DNA of 64,000 nt, taken from assembly GCA_019828565.1 (NCBI GenBank), contig JAHDYR010000007.1, positions 79,507 through 143,506 of the forward strand, given 5' to 3'. Positions 1 through 14,474 of the stretch are shown here, one piece after another. This DNA is from Carpediemonas membranifera BICM. Lineage: Eukaryota > Protista > Fornicata. A program made the position numbers and the translations under genes. Within the stretch, counting starts at the first letter, position 1; each line of letters begins with the position of its first letter. Under the pieces are notes generated by a model that searched no databases, was not told where the DNA came from, and saw nothing but the letters and a program-made list of their open reading frames with translations.

Positions 1-2
1 TC

Positions 3-3000
3 GACCTCTTCTGTAACCGCATCGACCAGCTGAGGTCCGTGATCACCACCATCCATCAGTTCACAACGCTGCAGAGGTGCACTGTGGCGGGCATGGGCAA
101 GATCTACCTGGACTTCGAGAAGCTCGTCGTTTCGTTCCAGCGGAAGAGCTATGACGTCCTCGATCACCGCTGCCTGCAGTTTAACACTGATTATGCCCAG
201 TTCACCTCGGACATCGAGCGGCTGGAGGACATCCTGAGGGGCTTCATCGATGACACCTTCGCAGAATCGGGTATGAGTCAGGCCAGCACCGACCACGCCA
301 TATCCATCCTGAAGCAGTTCCAGGGTGTTCTTCAACGGAAATCCCTCTCCGACGAGCTCGTCAGCAAGGTTCTCCTCGTGTTCAACTGGTACGGCAAGGA
401 GCTCGAGGCCATCCGGGCGCAGTACGAGAGCAGCAACATGGACCCACCCATCGCCCGAGATCTGCCGCCCGTGTCCGGAGCCATAGCATGGTGTAAGAAC
501 CTGCTGAGCCAGGCGGAGGAGCCCATGGAGTGGTTTAGACAGCAGGACATCATGGACCACCCCGATCCGGCCATCAAGGACAACGTTGCCCGCATCGTGC
601 AGGATTATAACGTACTCGTCGCCGTGTTTAGGAAGTACTGCATGGCCTACCACATGGCATGGGGCGAGCAGACGAGAACAGACGGGCTGGACAAACATCT
701 CCTCGCCAGAGACGATGACGATAACCTCTACGTCAACTTCGACAGGGATCTCATTGTCACATGCCGCGAGGCCGCCTGGATGGAGTCCCACGGCTTCACT
801 GAGATCCCCGACAACATCAGGGCCATCACCCGTAACGAGCTCAAGCTCACCGAGCAGAACGACCAGTTGGTCTCCCTCATCGAGGACGTCCAGGCTGTGA
901 CCAACGCCATCCCCCCTGAGTGCGCCGGCCTCATGCAGCGCTACCGCGACATGCTGGATGACGCCATTCTGCCCGGTGTCACGACGTACACCTGGTCCTC
1001 ACTTCAGATCGGTGCTTTCATCGCCAAGGTTCGTGGCATGCTGGACGAGGTACAGACAGTCGCCTCGAAGATCACGGACATCCTCAACACCCGAGTCCGT
1101 CATAACCTCGGCATCATCGCCCACACCAGCACTGTGCTGCTCCCCAGAGACGGCCAGGTCTACTCAGTCGACGAGTACGTCGCCGAGCAGATTAAGCACG
1201 CCAGGGCCGCCGCTGTGTCCATCGAGTCGCACTCGCAGCTGGCCGAGGAGGCCGTCAACGACATCCTCTCCCTCGTAGGGGGTAAGGTAGACTCCCACGC
1301 CGCCGATGCTTTCTTCAACCAGTGCCACGACGACACTTACGTTGCTATATACACAGCTACGTACCACTCTCTCCGGTTCCTGCTAGCACGACTGCCCGCC
1401 ATCACCACGGAGGAGATCGACCCGACCAGCGCCCAACCCCTCTTCTCGGTCAGCCTCGAGCTCCGTATCCCTCAGTATGCATACAGTCCCAGTCTGAACG
1501 ACGTCGGTACTGCCCTGACTGAGATCGTCCAGAGCGCGATTGGGGCGACCAAGCGTGTCTACCGTTGGTCTCAAGCCCGCCCCCCGCCCACATCCACAGA
1601 GGTGCCCGAGGGCCTCGAGAGCTTCTTCACCCAAATCTCCCAGTCGCCCACGATCACGAAGCAGTGCCTTGTAGCCACTGGAAGGTTCGCACGCCTCAAG
1701 ACCCTCGCCGACACCGAGGCAGCATCCTACAAGGTCCACAACCACCTCTGGAAGGACAACAAGAACGACGTGTACAAGGCATTCCTCGACACTTCACCGA
1801 CAGTCGACCAGTTCGGGGAGAGAATCGCTCACTACAGCGCCCTCCAGTCACAACTAGAGGCCAAGCCCGACGTCTCGCCCTTTTCGGTGCTCAGCATCAA
1901 CATCGAGCCCCTCAAGCTGACCCTGTTAAACGAGGTCGCCAACTGGAAGAAGACGTTTGCCACCAACCTCAACGAACGTGCCCGCGCGGACCTGCTTGGC
2001 CTGGCATCCTACATGTCCGACATCGAGACCTCCCTCTCGCGCACAGTGAAGGATCTGGACGACGTCAGGGCCGTCATGGACTCCCTAGGCTCCCTCAGAG
2101 AGATCGAGGCGGAGATCGACCACCGCATTGTCCCACTCGAGGAGATGTACGCCATGCTCAGTGTCAACGGCGTCCACGTCTCCACTGAGGAGACCGAGGC
2201 CTTCGACCAGCTTCGGTATCGCTGGTCCCAACTTACCACACTGGGTCAAAAGCAGTCGGATCACATCTCTGACCTGCAGCCGGTGTACAAGAAGGAGCTC
2301 ACTGCCTCTGTCACCCAGTTCACCGCTGATGTCTCCATCCTCAAGGCCGACTACGACGAAAGAGGGCCCATGGTCCCTGGTCTCTCCCCTCGTGTTGCTG
2401 CAGATCGCCTCAAGGAGTTCCAGGCCATCTTTGACGAGAAGGAGAGGCTCTGGCTCGGCTACACAGCCGGCGAGGAGCTCTTCGGCCTGCCTCAGACGGA
2501 CTTCCCCGAGCTGGTCCAGATGAAGAAGGAGCTCAAGCTTCTCAACGCCCTCTACTCGCTCTACTCTGACGTCCTCTCTACAGTTAGTGGGTATGCCGAC
2601 GTTTTGTGGCTTGAACTCAACATCGAGTCGATCTCCAATCAGATGGGCGATTTCCAGACCAGGTGTAGGCGTCTCCCCAAGGGCATGCGCGATTGGGATG
2701 CATTCCTCGAGCTTAAGAAGGTCATTGACGACTTCTCTGAGACACTGCCTCTCATCCAGATGCTCGCCAACCCCGCCATGCGGCCCCGGCACTGGAACCA
2801 GCTTGGCGAGCTGTGTAACACGAAGTTTGACGTCGACGGCGACCAGTTTAAGCTCCATGACCTCACCGACGCTCCTCTTCTCGAGAACAAGGATGAGGTT
2901 GAGGACATCTGCAACGCCGCCGTGAAGGAGACCGATATCGAGGCCAAGCTCAAGGCCGTCGAGGCCGACTGGGTCGACCAGGAGTTCGTCTTCGCGACGT

Positions 3001-6000
3001 TCAAGACCAGAGGCGAGCTGACCCTCGCACCGGCCGAGACGTCAGAGTTGATCACCTTGCTAGAGGACACCCAGATGCTCCTCGGAGCACTGGTCTCCAA
3101 TAGGTACAACGCGCCGTTCAAGAAGGACATCATGCTGTGGGTTGCCCGGTTATCGACGGCCTCTGAGGTGATCGAGCAGTGGCTTCAGGTCCAGGCCCTC
3201 TGGATTTACCTCGAAGCTGTCTTCTCAGGCGGAGACATTGCCAGACAGCTCCCACTCGAGGCCAAGAGGTTTGCTACCATCGACAAGACCTGGGTGAAAA
3301 TCATGCAGACCGCCCAAGCCAACCCTAACGTCGTCAACGTCTGCTATGCCGACGACACCCTCCGCAACCTGCTCCCCCATCTCTCCGAACAGCTTGAACT
3401 CTGCCAGAAGTCACTCTCTGGATACCTCGAGACGAAGAGGAATCTCTATCCCCGCTTCTACTTCGTCTCCGACCCCGTTCTCCTCGAGATCCTCGGCCAA
3501 CAGTCCGACCCCCACTCAATCCAAGCTCACATCCAGAGTTTGTTCGACTCGGTCTTCAGAGTCACTTTCGACAAGGTCAAGCGCACTCTCATCACCGGCC
3601 TCGTATCACCACAAGGCGAGGAGCTTCCCCTCTCTGCTCCAGTCGAGGGCGTCGGCAACATCGAGGATTGGCTCAATGAACTCGTCGCCAGCATGCAAAC
3701 GACGGTGCACGACGTCATCCGTGAGGCTGCCGTGCAGGTCCATGCTATGCCCCTAGAGGACTTCATCAACGCATTCCCCGCGCAGGTGTCTCTCCTTGGC
3801 ATCCAGTTGCTGTGGACCCACATTTGTGACACGGCCCTCGCAAACTCCAAGAGCGACAAGAACGCGATGACGAACGCCAGTAAGCAGAACGCCACTCTGC
3901 TCGGCGAGCTCGTCCGGATGACGATGAACGAGATGAGCAAGCGTGCCCGTACTGGCCTCGAGACTCTCATCACCATCCAGGTCCACCAGAAGGACATCAC
4001 CGACGACCTCCTCAAGCGCCGCATCCGCTCCCCCGCGGACTTTGAGTGGCTCAAGCAGACCCGCTTCTACTACCGCACGGAGTCCGACGAGTGCATTATT
4101 TCCATCACCGATATCGACTTCGATTACGCATATGAGTATCTCGGGGTGGCCGAGCGTCTCGTCATTACACCCCTGACCGACAGATGCTACATCACACTCG
4201 CCCAGGCCCTAGGCATGTACCTGGGCGGCGCTCCCGCTGGTCCTGCCGGTACCGGCAAAACAGAGACCGTCAAGGGTTTGTATTCTATTTATTTTTATTT
4301 TTCACACAGATATGGGTAGATCTCTGGGCACCTATGTTGTCGTATTTAATTGCTCCGATCAGATGGACTATCGCGGACTTGGCAAGATCTTCCGTGGTCT
4401 CGCCCAGTGTGGTTGCTTCGGTTGCGTTTGTACCCTAATCATTTGATTATCCAGTTCGATGAGTTCAACCGAATTGAACTTGAAGTGCTCTCTGTTGCTG
4501 CTCAGCAGGTCGGCTGCATCCTCGCCGCGCTGAAGGAGCACAAGAAGGAGTTCGTCTTTACCGATGGTCAGACAGTCCCGCTGCTCACCACATGCGGTTC
4601 GTACCCACCCCATCCTCGCTCATACAGGCTACTTCATCACCATGAATCCCGGTTACGCCGGCCGCCAGGAGCTGCCTGAGAACCTCAAGGCCCTCTTCCG
4701 TTCCGTCTCGATGATGGTGTTTGTATTTATCCTCATCTTTGGATCGCTAATGTCTCATGTATCATCTTAGCGTCTCAATAGATGAGTATCAGACCAGCTA
4801 ACACAGTCCAGATCGCGAGATTATCATGCGAGTCAAGCTCGCCTCGGCCGGTTTCTCCAAGCAGGTGGAGCTCGCCAAGAAGTTCTACATCCTCTACCGA
4901 CTATGCGAGGAGCAGCTCAGCGGTCAGCGCCACTACGATTTCGGCCTTAGGAACATCCTCTCTGTCCTTAGGTCGTGTGGCACCCGCCGCCGCACCTATC
5001 CCGATCAGAGTGAGGATCAGATCCTCATGCAGGTGCTCAGAGATATGAACCTGTCCAAGCTGGTCGACGAGGACGTCCAACTCTTCCTCAGTCTCATCTC
5101 TGATCTCTTCCCCGGGCAGAATGTCAGGACTGAGGCATATCCTGAGCTCGAGGCCGCCATCCAAAAAGTGGTGGAGAACCTCAACATCATCAACCACGAT
5201 GACTGGCGGCTCAGAGTCATCCAGCTGTATGAAACTGCCCTGGTTCGACACGGCATCATGGTCCTCGGCCCCTCTGGTGCTGGAAAGAGTGCGAACATCA
5301 ACACCCTGGCCGGCGCCCTCACTGAGTGTGGGGACAAGCACGTCATCGTCCGCATGAACCCCAAGGCTATCACTGCCTCCCAGATGTTCGGTAAGCTCGA
5401 CGCCGCCACCAATGACTGGACCGACGGGATCTTTGCTGCCCTGTGGCGGAAGGCCACCCGTCGCAGCAAGGAGAACACATGGCTCGTGCTCGACGGCCCT
5501 GTCGACGCTGTATGGATCGAGAACCTCAACACCGTGCTCGACGACAACAAGACGCTGACCTTGGCCAATAGTGATCGGATCCCCATGACGCCCCTGATGA
5601 AGCTCATCTTCGAGGTTGACTCCCTCGCCAACGCATCCCCCGCTACCGTCTCCCGTAACGGTATGGTCTACATGTCTGATAAGGCCCTCGGCTGGAAGCC
5701 CCTCTTTGAGGCCTGGGTCGCGTCCAGGTCGCGGCAGAAGGGCACACTCGCCCCGCTGTTTGACAAGTTTATTGACGACGTTACCCTTTTCATCAGAGAC
5801 CACACGACCCCCGTCATCGACATGCCATCGCTATCCCCAGGTATGTCCGTCATGGCCCTTATAGACGCCCTTGATCCCGTTCCTAAGGACAACGAGGAGC
5901 AGAAGCGCCGCGTAGAGCCCTCTGCTGACCACCTTGAGCGTATCTTCTTCTTCGCGCTCATGTGGGGTATCGCCGGCAACCTGGAGACGAAGGACCAGGA

Positions 6001-9000
6001 TGTCTTCCACAAGTACTTCACGACGAACCCCATATTCAAGGGATTCAAGGTCCCCAAGCCCAATAGCACCCATGCTACTGTCTACGATTACTACGTCGAT
6101 GCCGAGTCGGGTGACTGGGCCCATTGGTCGACCAAGGTACCCGAGTTCTCCTTCCCTGAGACCGGCGACGTCGACTTCCACTCCGTGGTCATCCCGACCG
6201 TCGATAACGTCAGGTCAACCTTCCTCCTCAACGCCCTGCTCGAACAGCAACAGCCTGTGCTCTTCGTGGGTGAGAGTGGCACTGCCAAGACTGTCACTGT
6301 CCTCCAGTACCTCGAGAGCAGGGATACTGACGCCTTCATGTGCAAGACCATCAACTTTTCGTCCGCCACCACGATGGGTATGGTGCAGGGTACCATCGAA
6401 TCCTACGTGGAGAAGCGGATGGGCTCCATTTATGGCCCCCCGGCCAACAAGCGCGGTCTCTTCTTCATCGACAACATCTCGGCCCCCAACATCAACGAGT
6501 GGGGCGATACCCCGACCAACGAGATCGTCCGACAGATCATCGCAGAGAAGGGCATGTATGCCCTCGATAGGCCCGGCGACTGGCACACCCTCGCCGACAT
6601 GCTCTTCATGGGCGCCCTCCCCTGCCCTGGTGGTGGCCGTAACGATCTTCCCGACCGGCTTAAGCGTCAGTTCGTCTCGTTCTCCATGGCTCTACCCGGA
6701 TCAGTCCAGATCGATCGCATCTATGGCACCATCCTCGGTGGCTTCTTCAACACCTCCCGCGGATTCTCCACCCCCGTTATTGACACTGTCAAGAAGCTCG
6801 TTGTCATGACCCGCGAAGTTTGGTCCCAAACGAAGATCAAGATGCTTCCCACCCCCGCCAAGTTCCACTACATCTTCAACCTTAGAGACCTCTCCAGAGT
6901 TTCAGAGGGCCTCCTTCTCGCCACACCCGAGGTCGTCAACACTCCTGAGATTGCCATCAACATGTGGGTCCATGAGATGACTCGTGTCATCCCGGACAAG
7001 TTCACCACCCAGGCTGACATGGCGTGGTTCGCTAAGGCACTCGAGGAGAGCGTCGAGAAGACATTTGGCTCCAAGATGGTCGGGCCCGCCACGAAGAAAA
7101 CCCGTTGGGTGGACTTTATGCGTGACGCCCCCGAGATCGACGATCCCGATGAGATTCCCGAGATCCCCAAGATATACGAACCCGTCGACACCCTCGAGGA
7201 GCTCAAGGATCGGCTCAGCTTCTACCAGGAGCAGTACAACGAGGTTAACCGCCGGACACCGCTATCTCTCGTGCTGTTCGAGGCTGCGGTCGACCATATC
7301 TGCCGTATCTCTCGTATCATCCGCCTCCCTCGCGGTAACGCCCTGCTGGTTGGTGTGGGTGGTTCCGGCAAGCAGTCCTTGACCCGCCTTGCCTCATTCG
7401 TCGCGGGTTATGAGACTTTCCAGATCACGATCACCCGTGGATACAACGCCAGCTCCCTCGAGGACGACCTCAAGCTCCTGTACCGTAAGGCTGGTGTCGA
7501 GGGCGTTGGGACGACCTTCATCTTTACCGACAACGAGATCCAGGAGGAGGGCTTCTTGGAGTACATCAACAACTTCCTGATGAGTGGCGAGATCCCTGGT
7601 CTCTTCCCCAAGGATGAGATGGAGCAGATCTACAGCGACGTCCGCCCCATTCTCAAGGCCAACGTCCCCAGAGCTATTGACACGAACGACAACATATGGA
7701 AGTACTTCATCGAGAGGGTCAGATGCAACCTGCACATCTGCCTCTGCTTCTCCCCAGTCGGCGACAAGTTCCGTACCCGCGCTAGGTTCTTCCCCGGTAT
7801 CGTATCTTGCCCGACAGATTGGTTCCAGCCCTGGCCCCAGGAGGCCCTGGTAGAGGTGGCCCGCCGATTCCTCGACGAGTTCGAGATGGACGCGACACCA
7901 GAGGTTAAGGATGCCCTTATCCTGCACATATCTGGTGTCCACTCAAAGATGAACGAAGTCAGCTCGGATTACTTCAATAGATACCGCCGCTACGCCTACG
8001 TCACCCCCAAGTCTTATCTGTCATTCCTCGACAGCTTCAAGTCGCTCTACACCAAGAAGAGAGGCGAGATCGGCGTCCTTGCCGATCGACTGAACGTGGG
8101 TCTGAATAAGCTCATTGATGCTGGTGATGATGTCGCCAAGATGAAGGTTGAGCTCGTCCAGAAGGAGCGCGACCTCGAGGTGGCCCAGAAGCAGGCGGCC
8201 GAGATGCTTAAAGAGATCACCGCATCCACCGCCGTTGCCGAGAAGGTCAAGTCCGAAGTCCAAAAGGTGAAGGACGATATGCAGGTGGTCGCAGACGAGA
8301 TCGCCTCCGAGAAGGCCAAGGCCGAGAAGCATCTCGAGGCTGCCATCCCCGCTCTCGAGGCCGCCGAGCAGGCCCTGAATCAGATCAAGCCGGCCGATAT
8401 CGCGACCCTTAAGAAGCTCGCCAAGCCCCCGAACCTTATCATGCGAATCATGGATGGCGTGCTCATTCTGAGGAACATGGAGGTCCTCAAGACCCAGCAG
8501 GACCCGGATAAGGCCCCCCAGCACCTACCTGTCCCATCGTGGAAGGGCGCACAGAAGATGATGAACGACACCGCTTTCCTCAACAGTCTGCTGACCTTCC
8601 CCAAGGATGAGATCACCGATGAGACTGTCGAGCTGCTCCAACCCTACTTTGACATGGACGATTTCACGTTTGAGGCCGCCAAGAAGGTATCTGGCAACGT
8701 CGCCGGCCTTTGCTCATGGTGTATCGCCATGGGCACATACCACAACATCGCCAAGGAGGTCGAGCCCCTCCGTGAGAAGGTCCGTAACATGGAGGAGAAG
8801 TACTCGTTCGCCATGAAGGACCTCGCCAAGGCCCAGGCCGAGCTCGATGAGAAGCAAGCCCAGCTTGACGAGCTCACTGCGAAGTACGATGCCGCCATGG
8901 CTGAGAAGCAACGCCTGCAGGACGACGCTGACCTCACCAGACGCCGTATGACTGCTGCTAACGCCCTCATCAACGGTCTCAGCGGCGAGAAGGCCCGCTG

Positions 9001-12000
9001 GACCCAACAGAGCAAGGAGTTCGCTGAGACCATCCGCAAGCTCGTCGGCGACGTCGTCATCGCATCTGCCTTCATGTCGTACTGTGGCCCCTACAACCAG
9101 GCCTTCCGGCACATGTTGATGACTGAGATGTGGACCCAAAGCCTCGTCAAGCTCAACATCCCGTTCACTGAGGGAATCGGCGAGTCTATCCACCGCTTCC
9201 TTGTATCAGAATCCAAGGTTGGTGAGTGGAACCTTCAGGGCCTCCCCACCGATGTCGTCTCGACTCAGAACGGCATCATGGTCACTTCGTCGACCCGCTA
9301 CCCCCTGCTGGTTGACCCACAGGGTCAGTCGAATGATTGGATCAAATGCAAGGAGAAGGATAACAACCTCAGGGTCACGACACTTGACGACAAGTTCTTC
9401 CGTAACTACCTCGAGGACGCCCTCAACTACGGCACGCCCATCCTCATCGAGGGTGTGGAGGAGACCCTCGACCCTCTGCTCGACCCCGTCCTCGAGAAGC
9501 AGTTTGTCAAGAGTGGCCGCGGCTTCAAGGTCCGTGTGGGGGATAAGGAGTGCGACGTGACTGACGGCTTCATGCTCTACATCACGACCAAGCTGCCCCG
9601 CCCCCACTACAGCCCCGAGATCAGCGCGAAGACCTCCGTGATTGACTTTACTGTCACCATGGTCGGTCTCACCGAGCAACTGCTGACCCGCGTCGTCAAC
9701 AAGGAGAAGCAGGAGCTCGAGCTCCAGCGCCGCGCCCTTCTCGAGGATGTCAACGCCAACAAGAAGATGAAGGAGCAGCTTGAGTCCGACCTGCTCGAGC
9801 GACTCTCCTCCACCCAGGGAAACCTCCTCGATGATGAAACCCTCATCGACGTTCTCGCACAGACCAAGAAGACTGCCCAGGAGGTCGACGAGAAGCTCTC
9901 TGGCGCCGTTCTCATGGAGCGGAAGATCAACGAGGCCCGAGAGGAGTTCAGACCGGTCGCTGTCCGTGGCTCGATCCTCTACTTCCTGATCGCAGAGATG
10001 GCCATCGTCTCCCACATGTACCAGACGAGTTTGACACAGTTCCTCGAGCTGTTCGACACGGCTATCGACGCTGCCGAGCCTAACCAGATCACCGCCAAGC
10101 GCATCATGAACATCCTCAACCACTCCACCTTCACCATCTTCCTGTACATACAGCGCGGTCTGTTCGAGCGTGATAAGAACCTCTTCGTGCTCCAGCTCTG
10201 CCTCAAGATAGACTTGGACTCTGGTGCCATCGACATGGGCGAGTTCCAGGCCTTCTCTAAGGGTGGCGCCGCCCTTGATATCGCCACACTCCCCAACAAG
10301 CCCAACAAGTGGCTCCCCGACTCGGCATGGCTGCATCTGAACGCCGTCAAGGCCGTCCCAGTGCTTTCTCGCATTGTCGAGGTGATCAAGGAGAACGACA
10401 ACGCCTGGCGTGCCTGGTATGATTCAGAGACACCAGAGTCTGAGGTCGTCCCCGGTCTCGAGGACAAGCTCACCCCCTTCCACAAGCTGCTGCTCGTCCG
10501 CTGCATGCGTGAGGACCGCACGATGCTGGCTGCCACTGGCTACATCATCTCGTCACTGGGTCAGCGTTATGCTGAGGGTCAGCCCCTCAACATCGAGGCG
10601 ACCTGGCAGGAGTCCTCCCCCAAGGTGCCCCTGCTCTGCATCCTGTCCCTCGGCTCTGACCCCACCTCGCAGATCGAGGCCGTCGCCAAGAAGCAGAAGA
10701 TCCCCATCTCTGCCATCTCCATGGGTCAAGGCCAGGAGATCCACGCCCGCCGACTGTTCAAGCAGTGTGTCGAGCAGGGCGGCTGGCTGCTCCTTTCCAA
10801 CTCTCACCTGGGCCTCAAGTTCATGCATGAGCTGGTCAGCCTGGTCAACGAGGTCGACGCCGCCACCGTCCACCCGACCTTCAGGGTCTGGGTTACCACG
10901 GAGCCCCACAACAAGTTCCCCATCGGCCTCCTCCAGATGTCGATCAAGTTCTCCAACGAGCCCCCCTCTGGTGTCAAGGCCGGTCTCCGTCGCACCTACC
11001 AGTGGGTCACCCAGGACGTCATTGAGGCCGTCGACAAGCCCGAATGGGGTCCCATGCTCTACACGCTCACTTTCCTCCACACCGTCCTGCAAGAACGCCG
11101 CAAGTACAAGCCCATCGGTCTCTGCATCCCAGTAAGTTGCTTCCCTTTCCTTTACCCAGTACGAGTTCAACCAGTCCGACCTCGCATCCTCTGTCCAGTT
11201 CATCCAGACCTATATGTACCAGCAGGAGGCCGGCAAGGCCATCTCGTGGTCGACCATCCGGTACATGATCGCTGAGGTTCTATACGGCGGCCGTGTCACA
11301 GACAACTACGATCGCCGTCTCCTTGCTGCGTTTGGCCTTCATTGGTTCGACAACAAGATGTTCGACGACGACTTTGCCTTCTTCCCCGGCTACACCATCC
11401 CCGGCATGAAGAACGTCGCCGAGGTCCGCAACTACGTCGAGACGCTGCCCCTACTTGACAATCCCGAGATCTTCGGCATGCACTCGAACGCCGAGCTCAC
11501 CTATCGCATGGCTGAGACAAAGGAGATCATCGAAAAGATCATCATGATCCAGCCCAAGGACGTTGGTGGCGGCGGTGGCGAGACCCGCGAGGAGGCCGTC
11601 ATGCGTATCGCCGGTGAGATCCTTTCCAAGCTGCCCGCCGACTACGACATCCACGTGACACGCGACCACATCAAGAGACAGGGCGGCTACACCATCCCCC
11701 TCAACGTCTTCCTCGGCCAGGAGATCGACAAGCTTCAGGTCCTTCTCGGCACGATGCGTCAGACTCTTGTTGACCTCCGCCTCGCCATCCAGGGCACGAT
11801 CATCATGTCAGCACCGCTTCAGGCATCGCTGGACGCCCTGTTCGACGCCCGCGTGCCGCCCCACTGGCTGAAGCTCTCCTGGCCTTCGGCGACTCTCGGT
11901 TTCTGGCTCGCTGACATGCTCAAACGATGCGAGCAGAACTCCACCTGGCTTGAGACCGGGCGCCCCAAGGCGTACTGGCTGGCCGGCTTCTACAACCCCC

Positions 12001-12419
12001 AGGGCTTCCTGACAGCCGTGCGGCAGGAGATCACCCGTGCACACCAGGGCTGGGCCCTCGATTCCGTCGTCATCAACACGACCGTCCTCCGCACTGAGGA
12101 TCACACCGCAATCCACGCCGGCCCGCAGGAAGGCGTCTACATCTACGGCCTCAGTCTTGATGGCGCCGGCTGGTCGAAGAAGACAAGCTCCCTTGTCGAT
12201 GCCCCTCCCAAGGTTCTGTCCGTTCCCCTGCCCATCTTGCATGTCTCGGCCCAGAACACGCCGCTCCAGGGCACTGGTCGCATGTACCGCTGCCCCGTTT
12301 ATACTCTGCCTTCGAGGTGCGACATCAACTTCGTGTTCGATGTCTACCTGCCGACCAGCGACCCGCCCATCAAATGGATCCTGCGCGGTGCCGCCCTGCT
12401 GACAACAACGAATGAGTAA
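3..12419 (+). CDS. Axonemal outer-arm dynein heavy chain gamma (DNAH5/DNAH8-like), 5'-truncated by the window; introns 4276-4309, 4426-4454, 4597-4627, 4719-4806, 11132-11159
   Basis: P-loops [32 protein letters not shown]; [43 protein letters not shown] typical of the gamma/DNAH5 class. Removing five GT..AG introns joins the ORF-track pieces into one frame (e.g. TETVK-D-MGRSLG, GCFGC-FDEFNR, SMMV-PDREII, LCIP-YEFNQSD). Confidence 0.95.
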
Positions 12420-12907
12420 TGATTGTTAATGTAAAGATTGTTAATAGTCTGTGTTGTGTTGCAGTTTAAAGTATTCAAGTTCTTAATCTCTCGATGTTGA
12501 GACAGCGGTGTGGGGCAACCATCGAGGTGTCTCGGCCGTCTCCCAAGCCCACGTCCCGGATGGTGGTCAATCCACACGGGAGGGCATTCTCCCCGGCCAG
12601 CCCTACGATCTAGTCCGGTGCGTCAAGTGCCTCAAGGACCACGGGGCTGGGGCCTGCCCGGCTCTCGCTGACGTGTGCCTGGGCACCTCGCTTGGTCGGG
12701 CAGTGAGGGCTCGGGACCGCGCCAGGAGACACTCACCATGGACCGGGTTTCATCCAGAAACTCTGCCCTGTGGTGTGGGGCTCTGCGGCGTCGCCGGGGC
12801 CTACTGCGGTCTGGCAAGCGCCATCGGCAGCAGGTACACCACCTGCCGCGGCAATGCACTCTCTCGGAGGGTAGAGACGGAGTGTCAACGGCCGCCTCAA
12901 CTGTTTT

Positions 12908-13285
12908 TCAACCTTTAGCGGCCATGCGAAGTGATGAGGCCCACGCGTGCGCTTGGCCCGCGACAAGCAGTGTATGCAGGGAGTCGACCTCGACCAGCGA
13001 TGTCTGGAGGCGAAGCATCTCTGCGTTCTTGCCGACAGTCGTTCCCTTGCGGTCCTTGCCGCGGAGTGTCTTCTTTCTTGGTGATTTCCTGGGCGACTGC
13101 TTGGGGGATGGTGGGAGGTCCTCCTCCTCGACTGCCTCCTCCTGGATCGACTTGAGGGTCATCCCACGCTTTAGATCAGCCATACTGGGCGGCTGCTGGC
13201 CTCTCTTGAGCGTTCCAACAATCATGACCGCTGCTTTGGTTTGTGCAAGAACAGAATCCCAATCGTCGTCGTCAATTGTGGCCAT
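12908..13285 (-). CDS. Hypothetical low-complexity protein, possibly a gene remnant
   Basis: Short ORF (MATIDDDDWDSV...SPKQSPRKSPRK); no recognisable domain; downstream frames contain stops. Confidence 0.3.
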   Translation of the reverse strand: MATIDDDDWDSVLAQTKAAVMIVGTLKRGQQPPSMADLKRGMTLKSIQEEAVEEEDLPPSPKQSPRKSPRKKTLRGKDRKGTTVGKNAEMLRLQTSLVEVDSLHTLLVAGQAHAWASSLRMAAKG

Positions 13286-13739
13286 CCGCTCACTGGGCAC
13301 AAAATTGCTCGGTATTTCCGCGTGACCACTTTGTGAAGCAGAATTTGTCGGGTGTTCAGTTCACTGGACGGATATCATCTTTAGTGGCATTCTCGAAGTC
13401 CAGGTCAATCGCCGTTTGGCGGCTCCCTGAGCTCTGTTTGTTGTTGCTAAAAGTGCTCGCCAAATCGGGCTGGCTGAATAGTGACAAACAGTCCGCCATG
13501 GCGCCGCATCGTCCCGGAACATTGGCTGTGGCATGGCCCTTTGCTGCGCGGCTCAGCTGTGTGTCGCCGATTTGTGTTGTTCTTCGCAAGGGGATACTCT
13601 CAGAATGAGAGCATGGCGCTGGATCATTCGCCGCTGTGGCCTCGCCTTGCGGCTTCTGGGGGCGACGCTTCGCTGAGTCGACGAGTCAGAATTTTGGGAA
13701 TTTGGGCAATCTCTGACAGCGAACTGAGCGCTACAACCA

Positions 13740-14474
13740 ATGAGCAGCGCTAGTTCCACATCAGCGGATGCAAAAGATGCGCTTATCTCCGCGTATCGCG
13801 CCTCGCTCGTTGTAACGGCCTCCATCCCCGTAAGGTAAGTCTGTCTGGTCGGTTGCGTCGACACCATCAAGGCAGAGGGAAGTTGCGATGCATTCAGCGA
13901 CATCATCGACTCCTGGGGTTGCTGCATCACTGACTTCGTGGGCAAGGTTGATGACCTTGTGAACGATAAGGCAAGCACCTATCTCGACTACCTCTACACC
14001 TTGTGCGAGGTCGACCCCCCAGCCTCCTGCATCGTTGATCACGACAAGGCTGCCACCACCACCACGGAGCTTGTTATCTCCGGCATTACTGATCTGGCCA
14101 CGGACACCGTCGTCGCCCTCTGCAAGGATTGGGCGGTGTCCACAGGCTCTCCGTGGGCTAGCATCGCCGTGGAGGTTATCAGCGCCGTTGTCGTTGACGC
14201 GGACGGCGCCACCCCCACCATCGACTCTTCCTCTGCGAACGGTGTCAGCGTTGCCGTTACCAACTATGGCGATGCCTCTGGCACGGCTGGCCTGAACGAC
14301 ATCAACTCTGAGATCGATTCGACTGACTGGACTGACGTTGACCTCTCTTACACCGCTTCTGCCAGCTCTTCGTCCATCTCTGTAGTCTCGGTCACCACAG
14401 GGTCGGTGGACTCTGCTACCGCCATCCATGTCGCCGCCTTCCTCCTGCTTGTGGCCCTGGTTGCGCTGTTCTAA
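13740..14474 (+). pseudogene. Cys/Ser/Thr-rich surface protein with C-terminal hydrophobic (GPI-signal-like) tail; in-frame TAA at 13836
   Basis: Frame runs from ATG 13740 through one TAA into the 178-aa ORF ending ...SVDSATAIHVAAFLLLVALVALF; no clear signal peptide. Confidence 0.5.

Noticed and set aside
332-12402. Numerous antisense and alternate-frame ORFs over dynein (and other long genes)
   Set aside because: Shadow ORFs caused by GC-rich codon bias; no motifs.
13836-13838. TAA read as Gln (hexamitid-type genetic code)
   Set aside because: Dynein, VAMP7-like, RRS1 and others end properly at TAA/TAG and have no in-frame TAR codons.
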